Source: an uncultured Bacteroidota bacterium (GTDB taxonomy: Bacteria; Bacteroidota; Ignavibacteria; UBA10030; UBA6906). From it: a DNA stretch of 64,000 nucleotides. Position numbers and translations under genes: made by a program. The DNA is taken from positions 160,001 through 224,000 of the forward strand of contig CAVOYH010000001.1 in the NCBI GenBank assembly GCA_963700635.1, given 5' to 3'. Positions 41,111-50,396 of the stretch are shown piece after piece (the first letter of the stretch is position 1; every line of letters starts with the position of its first letter). Under the pieces are notes generated by a model. That model saw only the letters and a program-made list of their open reading frames with translations, was not told where the DNA came from and ran no database searches.

Positions 41111-42634
41111 ATGGAACATTTCAAGAAGAGTATGTTCGCGTTGATCGTAGAAACCTCATCGAATCTCCCCCCCGATGTGCGTCGCGCCATCGAGTCGGCA
41201 CGTCAGCGGGAAAAACCCGGGACACAGGCAATGCTCGCACTCGAGACGATCGCCCTGAACGTGGATATGGCCTGTGATGCGCCCGCACCAATCTGCCAGG
41301 ATACCGGTATGCCCACGTTCGAGATCAAGACCCCTCTCGGCGCAAACCAGATGCTCATGCAGGCTGCGATCCGGGATGCGATTGTTGATGCGACAAAAGA
41401 GGGAAAACTCCGGCCGAATGCCGTGGACTCGCTGACCGGAAAAAACAGTGGCAACAACCTCGGTGAGGGCGCCCCGGTTATCCACTTCGAACAATGGGAA
41501 AAAGACGAGGTGGAAGTCCGCCTGATCCTCAAGGGTGGCGGCTGCGAAAACAAGAACATCCAGTACTCTCTCCCCGCGGAACTGCCGCATCTGGGCAGAG
41601 CAGATCGGACGCTCGACGGCGTCCGCAAGTGTCTGTTGCATGCCGTGTGGCAGGCACAGGGACATGGATGCAGCATCGGTGCAATCGGCGTGGCGATTGG
41701 CGGAGACAGGGCGTCGGGGTATCACTATGCAAAGCAGCAGCTCTTCCGGACCCTTGACGACATCAATCCGAATCCGGAATTGGCCAAGCTGGAGCAGTAC
41801 ATTCTGGAGAAGGCGAACACTCTCGGTATCGGAACGATGGGATTCGGCGGGAACGAAACACTTATAGGATGTAAGATCGGGTCCTTCCACCGCCTCCCTG
41901 CAAGTTTTTTCGTATCGGTTGCATACGATTGCTGGGCGTTCCGCCGGCTGGGGGTGGTACTTGATCCCCGCACCGGTGCCATCCTTCGCTGGCTGTACAA
42001 AGAGGACACTCCTTCCGTCAAGATGGCGCGGAGTGAAGGGTTGCCGCTTACGGGCAGGGAGATACGGTTGGCGCTCCCTCTCGACGAGGCGCAGGTCCGT
42101 GCGTTAAAGGTGGGGGATGTAGTACTATTGAATGGTCCAATGCACACCGGGCGAGATTCGCTGCATCACCATCTGTTAACGCATGATTCGCCGGTCGCAC
42201 TCGATGGCTCCGTCATCTACCATTGCGGACCCGTCGCGCTGAAAAAGGGCGACCGATGGGTTATGAACGCAGCAGGTCCGACGACCAGCAGCCGTGAAGA
42301 ACCATATCAGGGCGACATCCTGCGCAAGTTCCGCATTCGTGCGGTCATCGGGAAGGGTGGCATGGGCGCCAAAACACTTGCAGCATTGAAGGAGGTCGGA
42401 GCGGTCTATCTGAATGCAATCGGAGGCGCGGCCCAATACTACACCAAGTGTATCACAGATGTGAGCGGCGTTGATTTTCTTGAGTTCGGAATACCGGAGG
42501 CCATGTGGCACATCACCGTGAAGGATTTTCCGGCCATTGTTACCATGGACTCCCATGGCAACAGTCTCCATGCCGAGGTCGAAAAGGCATCGGCCACGGT
42601 GCTGGCTGCCTATGCCCCTCCCGAGACGCTCTGA
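41111..42634 (+). CDS. fumA: Class I Fe-S fumarate hydratase (fused alpha/beta)
   Basis: PICQDTG, LKGGGCEN, H.LPAS, CWA.R, YHCGP, AAGPTTS.R, IGKGG. Confidence 0.93.
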   Translation: MEHFKKSMFALIVETSSNLPPDVRRAIESARQREKPGTQAMLALETIALNVDMACDAPAPICQDTGMPTFEIKTPLGANQMLMQAAIRDAIVDATKEGKLRPNAVDSLTGKNSGNNLGEGAPVIHFEQWEKDEVEVRLILKGGGCENKNIQYSLPAELPHLGRADRTLDGVRKCLLHAVWQAQGHGCSIGAIGVAIGGDRASGYHYAKQQLFRTLDDINPNPELAKLEQYILEKANTLGIGTMGFGGNETLIGCKIGSFHRLPASFFVSVAYDCWAFRRLGVVLDPRTGAILRWLYKEDTPSVKMARSEGLPLTGREIRLALPLDEAQVRALKVGDVVLLNGPMHTGRDSLHHHLLTHDSPVALDGSVIYHCGPVALKKGDRWVMNAAGPTTSSREEPYQGDILRKFRIRAVIGKGGMGAKTLAALKEVGAVYLNAIGGAAQYYTKCITDVSGVDFLEFGIPEAMWHITVKDFPAIVTMDSHGNSLHAEVEKASATVLAAYAPPETL

Positions 42635-42676
42635 CAGTATAGGACAATATATCCTCCGATCGGACAGACCACGAAA

Positions 42677-44386
42677 ATGAAACCAGACATTACGCTCAAC
42701 ACCGTCCCGACCATCAACTCCATTCAGGAGATGGTACTGCATTCCGCACGGGTCCATGGTCGGAAACTCGCCATCGAAGACCTCAAAGACACACCGATAC
42801 CCCGTCTGACGTACGCCTCACTGCTCAGTCACGTTCTAAAATTCGGCACGGCGTTGCGGAACCTCGGGCTTCCCGAACGCAGCCACGTTGCCATTATTTC
42901 GGAGAACCGTGTTCAATGGGGGCTGACATATCTGACGTGCATGTGTTTTGACTACGTGGTCGTTCCCATAGACCGGAACCTGACCATCAATGAAATCCTG
43001 AACATTCTGCATGAATCCGACGCTGTGGCGGTGGTGTACTCGGATACGTTTGAACCGATTCTCACGGAACGCAGGATGTCGATGCGAAAGTTGAAGACGT
43101 ACATCAACATGGATCTGCCTGCCGAACATGACGGCTCTCTGTCCATGCTGGAACTTATCGAATCGAGCAACGGCTGCTCGGTGAGTGAGTTGCCGGAGAT
43201 TGATCCTGATCAGAGGGCGGAAATTATTTTCACGTCCGGTTCTCTCGGCCGGGCGAAAGGGGTCATGCTCAGCCAGGGAAATCTCGCAGCGAATCTTGTG
43301 AGTATGGTGCGGATGCTTCTTGTGCTGCCTGATGACCGTTTCCTGTCGGTATTGCCAATGCACCACACCTATGAATGTACGTGCGGGTTGCTCTGTCCCC
43401 TTTATTCAGGCGCATCGGTGCACTATGCGCGGTCACTGAAGACCGTTGTGGACGATCTGCAGGCGTCGCATGCCACCATGTTGCTGGGTGTGCCCTTGCT
43501 CTATGACAAGATGTTCAAGCGTATCCACAAGTCTATTCAGGAACGTAAAGTGGCGTCGATGCTCATCGGTCCCATGGTCAAGGCCAGCAGTTTCCTGGAA
43601 CGGATTGGCTGGAAGAACTGCAAGCGTGCGGTGTTCCGGGAGATCCACGAAAAATTTGGAGGCTCCATACGCATTTTTATTGCCGGAGGGGCGGCGACCG
43701 ATCCCCTCGTGGCAAAGGGGTTGCGCGAATTCGGATTTACGTATCTGCAAGGATACGGGCTGACAGAAACATCACCAATCCTGGCGCTGAACAGGCCCGA
43801 TGCATTCAAAGACGATGCGGCAGGACTCCCGCTGCCCGGTGTCACATTGCGGATCAACAATCCCAATGCGGACGGCGTCGGGGAAGTGTGGGCCAAAGGG
43901 GCGAACGTAATGCTTGGCTACTACAAGAATGAACAGCTCACACGTGAGGCGTTCGAGGGTGAGTGGTTCAAGACCGGAGATCTCGGGTACCGGGATGAGG
44001 ATGATTTTCTCCATATCAGCGGCAGACAAAAGAACGTGATCATCTCACGCAGTGGCGAAAATGTCTATCCGGAAGAACTTGAAGATCGTCTGAAACGGAG
44101 CAGCTTCGTGCTGGAGTCGATGGTGTACGGAGAGCCGGACGCAAAGCAGGATGAGATTATCGCAGCGCTTGTCGTTCCCGACGCGGAGGCGTTTATCGAG
44201 CTCTCGGAAACGCAGGGTGTCGAGATCACGGAGGCACTCATGAAAAAGATCATCGGCGACGAAGTTGCGAAGGTGAACAACGAAGTGACGCCATTCAAGC
44301 AGATCCGGAAATTCTATCTCCGGGATCACGAATTTGAAAAGACAACCACCCAGAAAGTGAAACGGTATCTGGTGAAGAAGCGGTGA
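42677..44386 (+). CDS. fadD: Long-chain fatty acid-CoA ligase
   Basis: FTSGSLGRAKGV, SVLPMHH.YE, QGYGLTETSP, WFKTGDLG, SGENVYPEE. Confidence 0.9.
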   Translation: MKPDITLNTVPTINSIQEMVLHSARVHGRKLAIEDLKDTPIPRLTYASLLSHVLKFGTALRNLGLPERSHVAIISENRVQWGLTYLTCMCFDYVVVPIDRNLTINEILNILHESDAVAVVYSDTFEPILTERRMSMRKLKTYINMDLPAEHDGSLSMLELIESSNGCSVSELPEIDPDQRAEIIFTSGSLGRAKGVMLSQGNLAANLVSMVRMLLVLPDDRFLSVLPMHHTYECTCGLLCPLYSGASVHYARSLKTVVDDLQASHATMLLGVPLLYDKMFKRIHKSIQERKVASMLIGPMVKASSFLERIGWKNCKRAVFREIHEKFGGSIRIFIAGGAATDPLVAKGLREFGFTYLQGYGLTETSPILALNRPDAFKDDAAGLPLPGVTLRINNPNADGVGEVWAKGANVMLGYYKNEQLTREAFEGEWFKTGDLGYRDEDDFLHISGRQKNVIISRSGENVYPEELEDRLKRSSFVLESMVYGEPDAKQDEIIAALVVPDAEAFIELSETQGVEITEALMKKIIGDEVAKVNNEVTPFKQIRKFYLRDHEFEKTTTQKVKRYLVKKR

Positions 44387-44492
44387 TGTAGGGCTTTGGA
44401 CATATGTCCGAAAATGTACCGATTTCCATACATCGGCGACACCCTCACCCGTATCGGGACATGATTTCTGAGCTTTTTCCCGCGCTCCCTCA

Positions 44493-44508
44493 TGGCGTGA
44501 TTTTTGCA
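44493..44508 (+). promoter_or_regulatory. sigma54 (-24/-12) promoter for small ORF 44570
   Basis: TGGCGTGATTTTTGCA: GG-N10-GC spacing with TTTGCA. Palindrome GGACATATGTCC about 85 bp upstream (44398-44409). Confidence 0.65.
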
Positions 44509-44569
44509 TAAGTAAGCGGGAGTCATCACCCCATCGGGTGGTGCACAACAATAGCCGGGGACAGAAGCC

Positions 44570-44800
44570 ATGACAAGTAACAGTGTGGCGAGTGGTGCAG
44601 TCCAGGTGCTCGCCGGAGTGCCGCCTGAGCGTGTGTCGGAACACACCACGGTGAGGACCGTGAAGGCGCAGTTGCCGGAACGAAAGCCGGAAGATGCACG
44701 TCTGCATGAACCCGCGCCCCACATACCCGTGCAGGTCTACAACAGTCACGGCGAGGTGATCCCCAGTCCGAGCAGTCCGGAAACGGACTTTACCGCCTGA
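44570..44800 (+). CDS. Small hypothetical protein (76 aa), probable paralog of 4875..5093
   Basis: Own sigma54-like promoter, GGGGA RBS, downstream terminator hairpin, aligns with ORF 4875..5093. Confidence 0.65.
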   Translation: MTSNSVASGAVQVLAGVPPERVSEHTTVRTVKAQLPERKPEDARLHEPAPHIPVQVYNSHGEVIPSPSSPETDFTA

Positions 44801-44818
44801 CCGGCGGTATACGAGCAA

Positions 44819-44851
44819 CGCGGCGGCCCTGGATGGCCGCCGCGACTATTT
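44819..44851 (+). terminator. Intrinsic terminator-like hairpin after ORF 44570
   Basis: CGCGGCGGCC-CTGGAT-GGCCGCCGCG 10-bp stem followed by ACTATTT. Confidence 0.6.
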
Positions 44852-44888
44852 GGCACGCCTGCCTGCACAGCCCGCTCCTCAGGTTGAG

Positions 44889-44917
44889 TTGACATTTCTT
44901 TGCATTCTCATTATATT
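44889..44917 (+). promoter_or_regulatory. sigma70 promoter of the nuo operon
   Basis: TTGACA-N17-TATATT, near consensus. Confidence 0.75.
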
Positions 44918-44991
44918 GTGCTACGTTTCTTGACACACGTCGTACATCTCACAAAACCTTCTCACCTGGTGGTTTCCGGAGATCCCGATTC

Positions 44992-45429
44992 ATGCTCACC
45001 GAGTTTGGTCGCGTCCTGCTCTTTATCCTTGTAGGAGTAGTGTTTGTGGCGATCGGTCTGGTGGTGGCCTGGCTCCTGCGGCCGCACCGGCCTTATCCCA
45101 GCAAGCACACGACGTACGAGTGTGGTGAAAGCCCGCTCGGCGACACCCGCATCCGCATTAATGTCCGCTTCTACGTCATCGCGCTGATCTTCCTTATTTT
45201 TGACGTGGAGGTGGTCTTTCTTTTTCCATGGGCGCTCGTCTATGGTAACCTCGGGTGGTTTGCCTTTATTGAAATGCTTGTGTTCCTGGCGATTCTCCTT
45301 GTAGGGTATGCCTACGTGTGGAGGAAGGGAGACCTCGACTGGGATCGACCCGCACCGAATGTTCCCCGGTATGAACGCGGCTACGGCGTCCGCGAAACGC
45401 CCCTCACTGAAGAAGAACTCGCTGTATAA
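44992..45429 (+). CDS. nuoA: NADH-quinone oxidoreductase subunit A
   Basis: [33 protein letters not shown]. Confidence 0.97.
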   Translation: MLTEFGRVLLFILVGVVFVAIGLVVAWLLRPHRPYPSKHTTYECGESPLGDTRIRINVRFYVIALIFLIFDVEVVFLFPWALVYGNLGWFAFIEMLVFLAILLVGYAYVWRKGDLDWDRPAPNVPRYERGYGVRETPLTEEELAV

Positions 45430-45439
45430 CAGGAATACG

Positions 45440-45955
45440 ATGGGACTGCTGGATCAACGCTTCGAAAACGGAAACATACTTCTCACATCCGTTGACGGTC
45501 TGCTGGCCTGGGCCCGTCTCTCTTCAATCTGGCCTATGCAATTCGGACTTGCCTGCTGCGCGATCGAGATGATGGCGACCGGCGCATCCCACTATGATCT
45601 CGACCGGTTCGGCACGTTCTTCCGCGGATCACCCCGGCAGTCGGATGCCATGATTGTGGCTGGAACGGTGACCCTGAAGATGGCCACGCGGATCAAGACC
45701 CTCTATGACCAAATGGCTGAACCCCGGTACGTGATCTCCATGGGGAGTTGCTCAAACTGCGGCGGACCGTACTGGGAACACGGGTATCATGTTTTGAAAG
45801 GTGTGGATCGGATTATTCCCGTGGATGTGTACATACCCGGATGTCCTCCCAGACCGGAAGCCCTGCTGGAAGGTCTCCTGAAGCTGAAAGAGAAGATCCG
45901 TGAGGAACGCCTCATCATGAAACCAGCCGCATACCATACAGCCCAGAACACGTAA
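45440..45955 (+). CDS. nuoB: NADH-quinone oxidoreductase subunit B
   Basis: [32 protein letters not shown]. Confidence 0.97.
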   Translation: MGLLDQRFENGNILLTSVDGLLAWARLSSIWPMQFGLACCAIEMMATGASHYDLDRFGTFFRGSPRQSDAMIVAGTVTLKMATRIKTLYDQMAEPRYVISMGSCSNCGGPYWEHGYHVLKGVDRIIPVDVYIPGCPPRPEALLEGLLKLKEKIREERLIMKPAAYHTAQNT

Positions 45956-45967
45956 GACCCAGAGATC

Positions 45968-46447
45968 ATGATAGCACAAGAACTGTACGACCTCCTGAAG
46001 ACCACGTTTGGCGAGGCAATTCTCGAGGCGAAACTCGAGGGTGTATTCGATCCTTGGGTGACGATCGCCCCTGATCGCATGCACGAGGTCGCTCGTTTCC
46101 TCCGCGACGATGACCGGACGCACTTCGACTGCCTGATGTGTCTGAGCGGCGTGGATATGACGAAAGAAATGCTGGCCGTGGTGTACCATCTCCACTCGAT
46201 GAAGAGGGGCCACAAACTCGTCCTCAAAGCGCTCGTTTCGGTGACACATCCGCATGTACAATCGGTGGCTTCCATATGGAGGACAGCGGACTGGCATGAG
46301 CGCGAGGCGTATGATATGTACGGCATTGTGTTCGATGGACATCCGGACCTGCGCCGCATCCTGATGCCGGATGACTGGGAGGGTTTCCCGCTGCGGAAGG
46401 ATTATCAGGTTCCCGAGTTCTATAATGGCATGAAAGTACCGTACTGA
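45968..46447 (+). CDS. nuoC: NADH-quinone oxidoreductase subunit C
   Basis: ADWHEREAYDMYGI.FDGHPDLRRIL...GFPLRKD. Confidence 0.96.
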   Translation: MIAQELYDLLKTTFGEAILEAKLEGVFDPWVTIAPDRMHEVARFLRDDDRTHFDCLMCLSGVDMTKEMLAVVYHLHSMKRGHKLVLKALVSVTHPHVQSVASIWRTADWHEREAYDMYGIVFDGHPDLRRILMPDDWEGFPLRKDYQVPEFYNGMKVPY

Positions 46448-47628
46448 TGCAAGTCAGCCTGACTGAAGTCGAAAAGGGACGTCGTCCCCCGACCATTCCC
46501 GGACTGGGACGCCCCCTCCGGGCGGAAGAAATGGTCATCAGCATGGGGCCGCAACATCCATCAACCCACGGCGTGCTTCGTCTGGAACTTGTGGTTGATG
46601 GTGAAGTTGTGGTTGACGTCATCCCGCACATCGGTTACCTCCACCGGTGCTTTGAAAAGCACTGCGAGCACATGGCAAACTATCAGCAGGTCATACCGTA
46701 CGTTGACCGGATAGATTATGTTGCGGCGATGAACGCTGAGTTCGGTTATGTGGTCGCCATGGAAAAGCTGCTGAAGATCCAGGTGCCGGACCGTGTGGAA
46801 TACATCCGCGTGATCATGGCGGAATTTTCCCGGATCATCAGTCACCTGATTGCGATCGGCACCTACGGGCTGGATATCGGAGCTTTTACGCCGTTTCTTT
46901 TCTGTATGCGCGACCGGGAACACGTGCTGGATATCATCGAAGAAACCTGCGGGGCGCGGCTCCTCTATAATTATATGTGGGTCGGCGGCCTTTCGCACGA
47001 CGTACAGCCTTCATTCCAGAAAAAGGTGCGCGAGTTCTGCACGTACTTCAAACCCAAAATCGTTGAGCTGAATAACCTGCTCTCGTTCAACAAGATTTTT
47101 ATCGAGCGGACCGCCAACGTGGGCGTCCTGCCAGGTGATGTCGCGGTGAATTATGGTGCAAGTGGACCGGTTCTGCGGGGCTCCGGAGTGAAGTGGGATC
47201 TGCGCAAGGATGACCCGTATTCCATCTATGACCGGTTCACGTTCGAAATCCCCGTGGGGAAGGGTGAGAAGGGGGAAGTGGGGGACTGCTGGGATCGGTA
47301 TATGGTCCGGGTCTATGAGATGGAGCAAAGCGTCAATATCATCGAACAGGCCGTGGAACAGCTGCCCGAAGGGGATGTACAATCGGCGATTCCAAAACGT
47401 ATAAGGCCCGACCCGGGGGAAGTGTATGTGCGCACCGAAACGCCGAAGGGAGAGCTTGGCTATTACATTATTTCCGATGGCACCGCGAGTCCATCGCGCA
47501 TCAAGGTGCGGCCGCCGTGTTTTGTCAACCTGTCTGCATTGCCGGCAATGTGCCGCGGTGCGATGATCTCCGATGTGGTGGCGATCCTCGGCAGTATCGA
47601 TATTGTTCTTGGTGAAGTGGACCGATAA
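46447..47628 (+). CDS. nuoD: NADH-quinone oxidoreductase subunit D
   Basis: GPQHPSTHGVLR, IGYLHR, DRIDY, ETPKGE, GEVDR. No NiFe CxxC motifs. Confidence 0.97.
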   Translation: MQVSLTEVEKGRRPPTIPGLGRPLRAEEMVISMGPQHPSTHGVLRLELVVDGEVVVDVIPHIGYLHRCFEKHCEHMANYQQVIPYVDRIDYVAAMNAEFGYVVAMEKLLKIQVPDRVEYIRVIMAEFSRIISHLIAIGTYGLDIGAFTPFLFCMRDREHVLDIIEETCGARLLYNYMWVGGLSHDVQPSFQKKVREFCTYFKPKIVELNNLLSFNKIFIERTANVGVLPGDVAVNYGASGPVLRGSGVKWDLRKDDPYSIYDRFTFEIPVGKGEKGEVGDCWDRYMVRVYEMEQSVNIIEQAVEQLPEGDVQSAIPKRIRPDPGEVYVRTETPKGELGYYIISDGTASPSRIKVRPPCFVNLSALPAMCRGAMISDVVAILGSIDIVLGEVDR

Positions 47629-47640
47629 CCCGAAACGATT

Positions 47641-48669
47641 ATGAAAAACGTCCTTCTTGATCTCCTGAGCAACGAGGTGCTCGTGTATACCCTGATGGCC
47701 TTCGTGCCGCTCGTCTGGGTGATTCCATTCGCCCTGTTTGCCGTCTGGTGGGAGCGCAAGATTTCCGCGCACATGCAGGATCGCCTTGGCCCGATGTTCA
47801 CCGGTGGCTGGCATGGTTGGGCACAGACGATTGCTGACATTCTCAAGCTCATCCAGAAAGAGGATATCATCCCGGCCGCGGCGGACAAAAAGCTGTTTAA
47901 GCTGGCCCCGTATGTGGTCTTTGCCGGGTCATATGCCGCGTATGCAGCAATACCGTTCAGTGCGGCATATATCGGAGCGGAGATCAATATCGGATTGTTC
48001 TATGTCATCTCGATCTCTTCCCTGGTGGTGGTCGGCCTCCTGATGGCAGGATGGGCATCGAACAACAAATGGTCCCTGTACGGGGCACTACGGTCTGCGG
48101 CCCAGATTATCAGCTATGAAATCCCTGTCGCGCTCTCCATCCTTGCCGTGGTTATGGTGGTCGGGACGTTTGACCTTCAGGAAATCAACCGCCTGCAGAC
48201 CGGCCCTATCTGGCACTGGCTGGTATTTCAGAAGTTCCCGTTGCTGCTGTTCGCCTCGCTGATCTATTTTATAGCCTCCCTTGCCGAAGTGAACCGTACA
48301 CCCTTTGATCTTCCCGAGGCGGAATCGGAACTCGTCGGTGGTTACCATACAGAATACGGTGGAATGCGTTTTGCATTGCTCTTCCTTTCTGAATATGCAA
48401 ACATGTTCGCTGTCAGCGCCATTGCAGTGACGCTCTTTTTCGGCGGTTGGAACAGCCCGTTTGGCGACTTCCTCTCCGGAGCGTGGTGGGGAGTGTTCTG
48501 GTTTTTAAGTAAAGGGATGGTGGTTATTTTTGTGCAGATGTGGCTGCGGTGGACCCTGCCGCGGCTTCGTGTTGACCAACTGATGTACGTCGGATGGAAG
48601 GTGTTGATACCCTTCTCCTTTGTCCTCATCCTGGGTATTGGTGCCTGGGTGCTGGCTGCCGGACAATAG
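47641..48669 (+). CDS. nuoH: NADH-quinone oxidoreductase subunit H
   Basis: [46 protein letters not shown]. Confidence 0.97.
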   Translation: MKNVLLDLLSNEVLVYTLMAFVPLVWVIPFALFAVWWERKISAHMQDRLGPMFTGGWHGWAQTIADILKLIQKEDIIPAAADKKLFKLAPYVVFAGSYAAYAAIPFSAAYIGAEINIGLFYVISISSLVVVGLLMAGWASNNKWSLYGALRSAAQIISYEIPVALSILAVVMVVGTFDLQEINRLQTGPIWHWLVFQKFPLLLFASLIYFIASLAEVNRTPFDLPEAESELVGGYHTEYGGMRFALLFLSEYANMFAVSAIAVTLFFGGWNSPFGDFLSGAWWGVFWFLSKGMVVIFVQMWLRWTLPRLRVDQLMYVGWKVLIPFSFVLILGIGAWVLAAGQ

Positions 48670-48732
48670 CTGACGAGCGGCGGGTTCTCGGTGTATGCCC
48701 GCCTACCATGTGCAACGAACGGACCTGAAGTA

Positions 48733-49494
48733 ATGAGCAGGTATTTCCGCAATATCTGGGACGGCTTTTTCACTGTCCTTATCGGTATGAAGATCACCTG
48801 GGCGCATCTTTTTACGCGTTCCGTCACCATACAATACCCGACCGTCAAAGTAAAACTCCCGGATCGCGCGCGTAACCGGTTGTACGTGAACATGGATGAT
48901 TGTATCGGGTGCGATCAGTGTGCCATGGCGTGTCCCGTCAACTGCATCACGATCGAGACGATAAAGTCGACGCCGGATGTGGACCTCGGGTTAACATCGG
49001 TGGGGACGAAGAAACGTTTGTATGTGCCGCAGTTTGACATTGATATTGCCAAGTGCTGTTACTGCGGTTTATGCGTGTATCCCTGCCCGACCGAATGTAT
49101 CTACATGACGGATGTGTACGAGTTTTCCGAGTTTGACCGTCGGAGTCTGATCTATAATTTTGCGGTGATGTCCCCCTCGGAAATTGACGGAGCAAAATCG
49201 CGTCTTGCGGTGTACGACAAGGAACAGGCAGCCAAAAAAGCGGCTGCAGCGGCTGCTAAAGCTGCTGCACCGGCCCCTGCCACCGCTCCTGCGACAGCGA
49301 CAAAACCTGCGGCCGCTCCGGCGTCAGCTCAAGCGCCCGGCGGAGCCCCCGGGGCAACGCCGGCTTCAGAGCCGAAGCCGCAGACACCATCGGGGCCGGT
49401 GGCCGGTCCGGGAACACCCCCGGGACCTGCACACAACCCCGCAGCACCGGCTGTGCCGCCTCCAGCCCCACCACACAAAGAGAGTGAATCCTGA
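48733..49494 (+). CDS. nuoI: NADH-quinone oxidoreductase subunit I with Ala/Pro-rich C-terminal tail
   Basis: TIQYP, CIGCDQCAMACP and CCYCGLCVYPCP 2x[4Fe-4S] motifs. Confidence 0.95.
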   Translation: MSRYFRNIWDGFFTVLIGMKITWAHLFTRSVTIQYPTVKVKLPDRARNRLYVNMDDCIGCDQCAMACPVNCITIETIKSTPDVDLGLTSVGTKKRLYVPQFDIDIAKCCYCGLCVYPCPTECIYMTDVYEFSEFDRRSLIYNFAVMSPSEIDGAKSRLAVYDKEQAAKKAAAAAAKAAAPAPATAPATATKPAAAPASAQAPGGAPGATPASEPKPQTPSGPVAGPGTPPGPAHNPAAPAVPPPAPPHKESES

Positions 49495-49499
49495 TTCCT

Positions 49500-50003
49500 A
49501 TGGACACGTTCGACATAGTCTTTTACGCATTCGCTGCCATCACCGTCGTCTCTGCGTTCGTCGTGGTGTTTTCCCGCAACATCATGTACGCGGCGTTCGC
49601 ACTCCTGTTCACATTCTTCGGAGTGGCAGGACTGTATATCCTGCTGCAGGCGGACTTCCTGGCGGTCACACAGGTGCTCATCTATGTTGGCGGCATCCTC
49701 GTGCTTCTGATGTTCGGGGTGATGTTGACCAATAATGTCGTAAGCGTTGACATCAAGACGGGGAGTATTCATACAATTCCCGCAATGATCCTGGCAGCCA
49801 TCGTGTTTGGGTCTCTGGCTGCCGTGTTCTATGCCACGTGGAGTCATGTCGCTGAGCCGCCCGCAACGGCGACCACGACGACCAGGGCCATCGGCGAACT
49901 CCTTTTAACCAGTTATGTGCTGCCGTTTGAAGTGGCTTCGGTGGTACTGCTGGCGGCTCTGGTCGGCGCTGCATTCCTGGCACGACGGACCCGAAAACAG
50001 TAA
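49500..50003 (+). CDS. nuoJ: NADH-quinone oxidoreductase subunit J
   Basis: ADFLAVTQVLIYVGGILVL..FGVML, YVLPFE. Confidence 0.96.
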   Translation: MDTFDIVFYAFAAITVVSAFVVVFSRNIMYAAFALLFTFFGVAGLYILLQADFLAVTQVLIYVGGILVLLMFGVMLTNNVVSVDIKTGSIHTIPAMILAAIVFGSLAAVFYATWSHVAEPPATATTTTRAIGELLLTSYVLPFEVASVVLLAALVGAAFLARRTRKQ

Positions 50004-50018
50004 TCTGGACGGACTCTT

Positions 50019-50366
50019 ATGGATGCACCTTCTTTATCCGAAGTGTTTGCGTGGCTGCCAAACGTGCAACTCGCACACTTTCTTATTGTCAGCGCGATTC
50101 TGTTCGCCCTCGGCCTCTACGGTATCGTCACGCGGCGTAACGCTATCCTTGTGCTCATGGGGGTCGAACTTGTGCTTAATGCCGCAAACCTGAATTTGAT
50201 TGCGTTTTCTCGGTATGGCGGCCTGAACCTTGACGGCCAGGTCGCGGCTGTGTTTGTCATCATCCTGGCTGCGGCCGAAGCCGCAGTCGCCCTTGCCATC
50301 GTTCTGAACATTTACAGCCGGTTCCAAACGGTGAACGTGGACGAAGTAAGTTCCCTGAAAGAATGA
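50019..50366 (+). CDS. nuoK: NADH-quinone oxidoreductase subunit K
   Basis: RRNAILVLMGVELVLNAAN, AAAEAAVALA. Confidence 0.96.
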   Translation: MDAPSLSEVFAWLPNVQLAHFLIVSAILFALGLYGIVTRRNAILVLMGVELVLNAANLNLIAFSRYGGLNLDGQVAAVFVIILAAAEAAVALAIVLNIYSRFQTVNVDEVSSLKE

Positions 50367-50396
50367 TACAAGAAGAAGGAAGAAGGAAAAATTCTG

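Noticed and set aside
44916-44954. Rex-like half sites (TTGTG ... TCACAA) downstream of the nuo promoter
   Set aside because: The halves are too far apart for the 18-bp Rex operator and each 18-mer matches only on one side.
45440-47628. nuoB/C/D as a group 4 NiFe hydrogenase
   Set aside because: The large subunit lacks both CxxC Ni-binding motifs and ends in GEVDR like NuoD.
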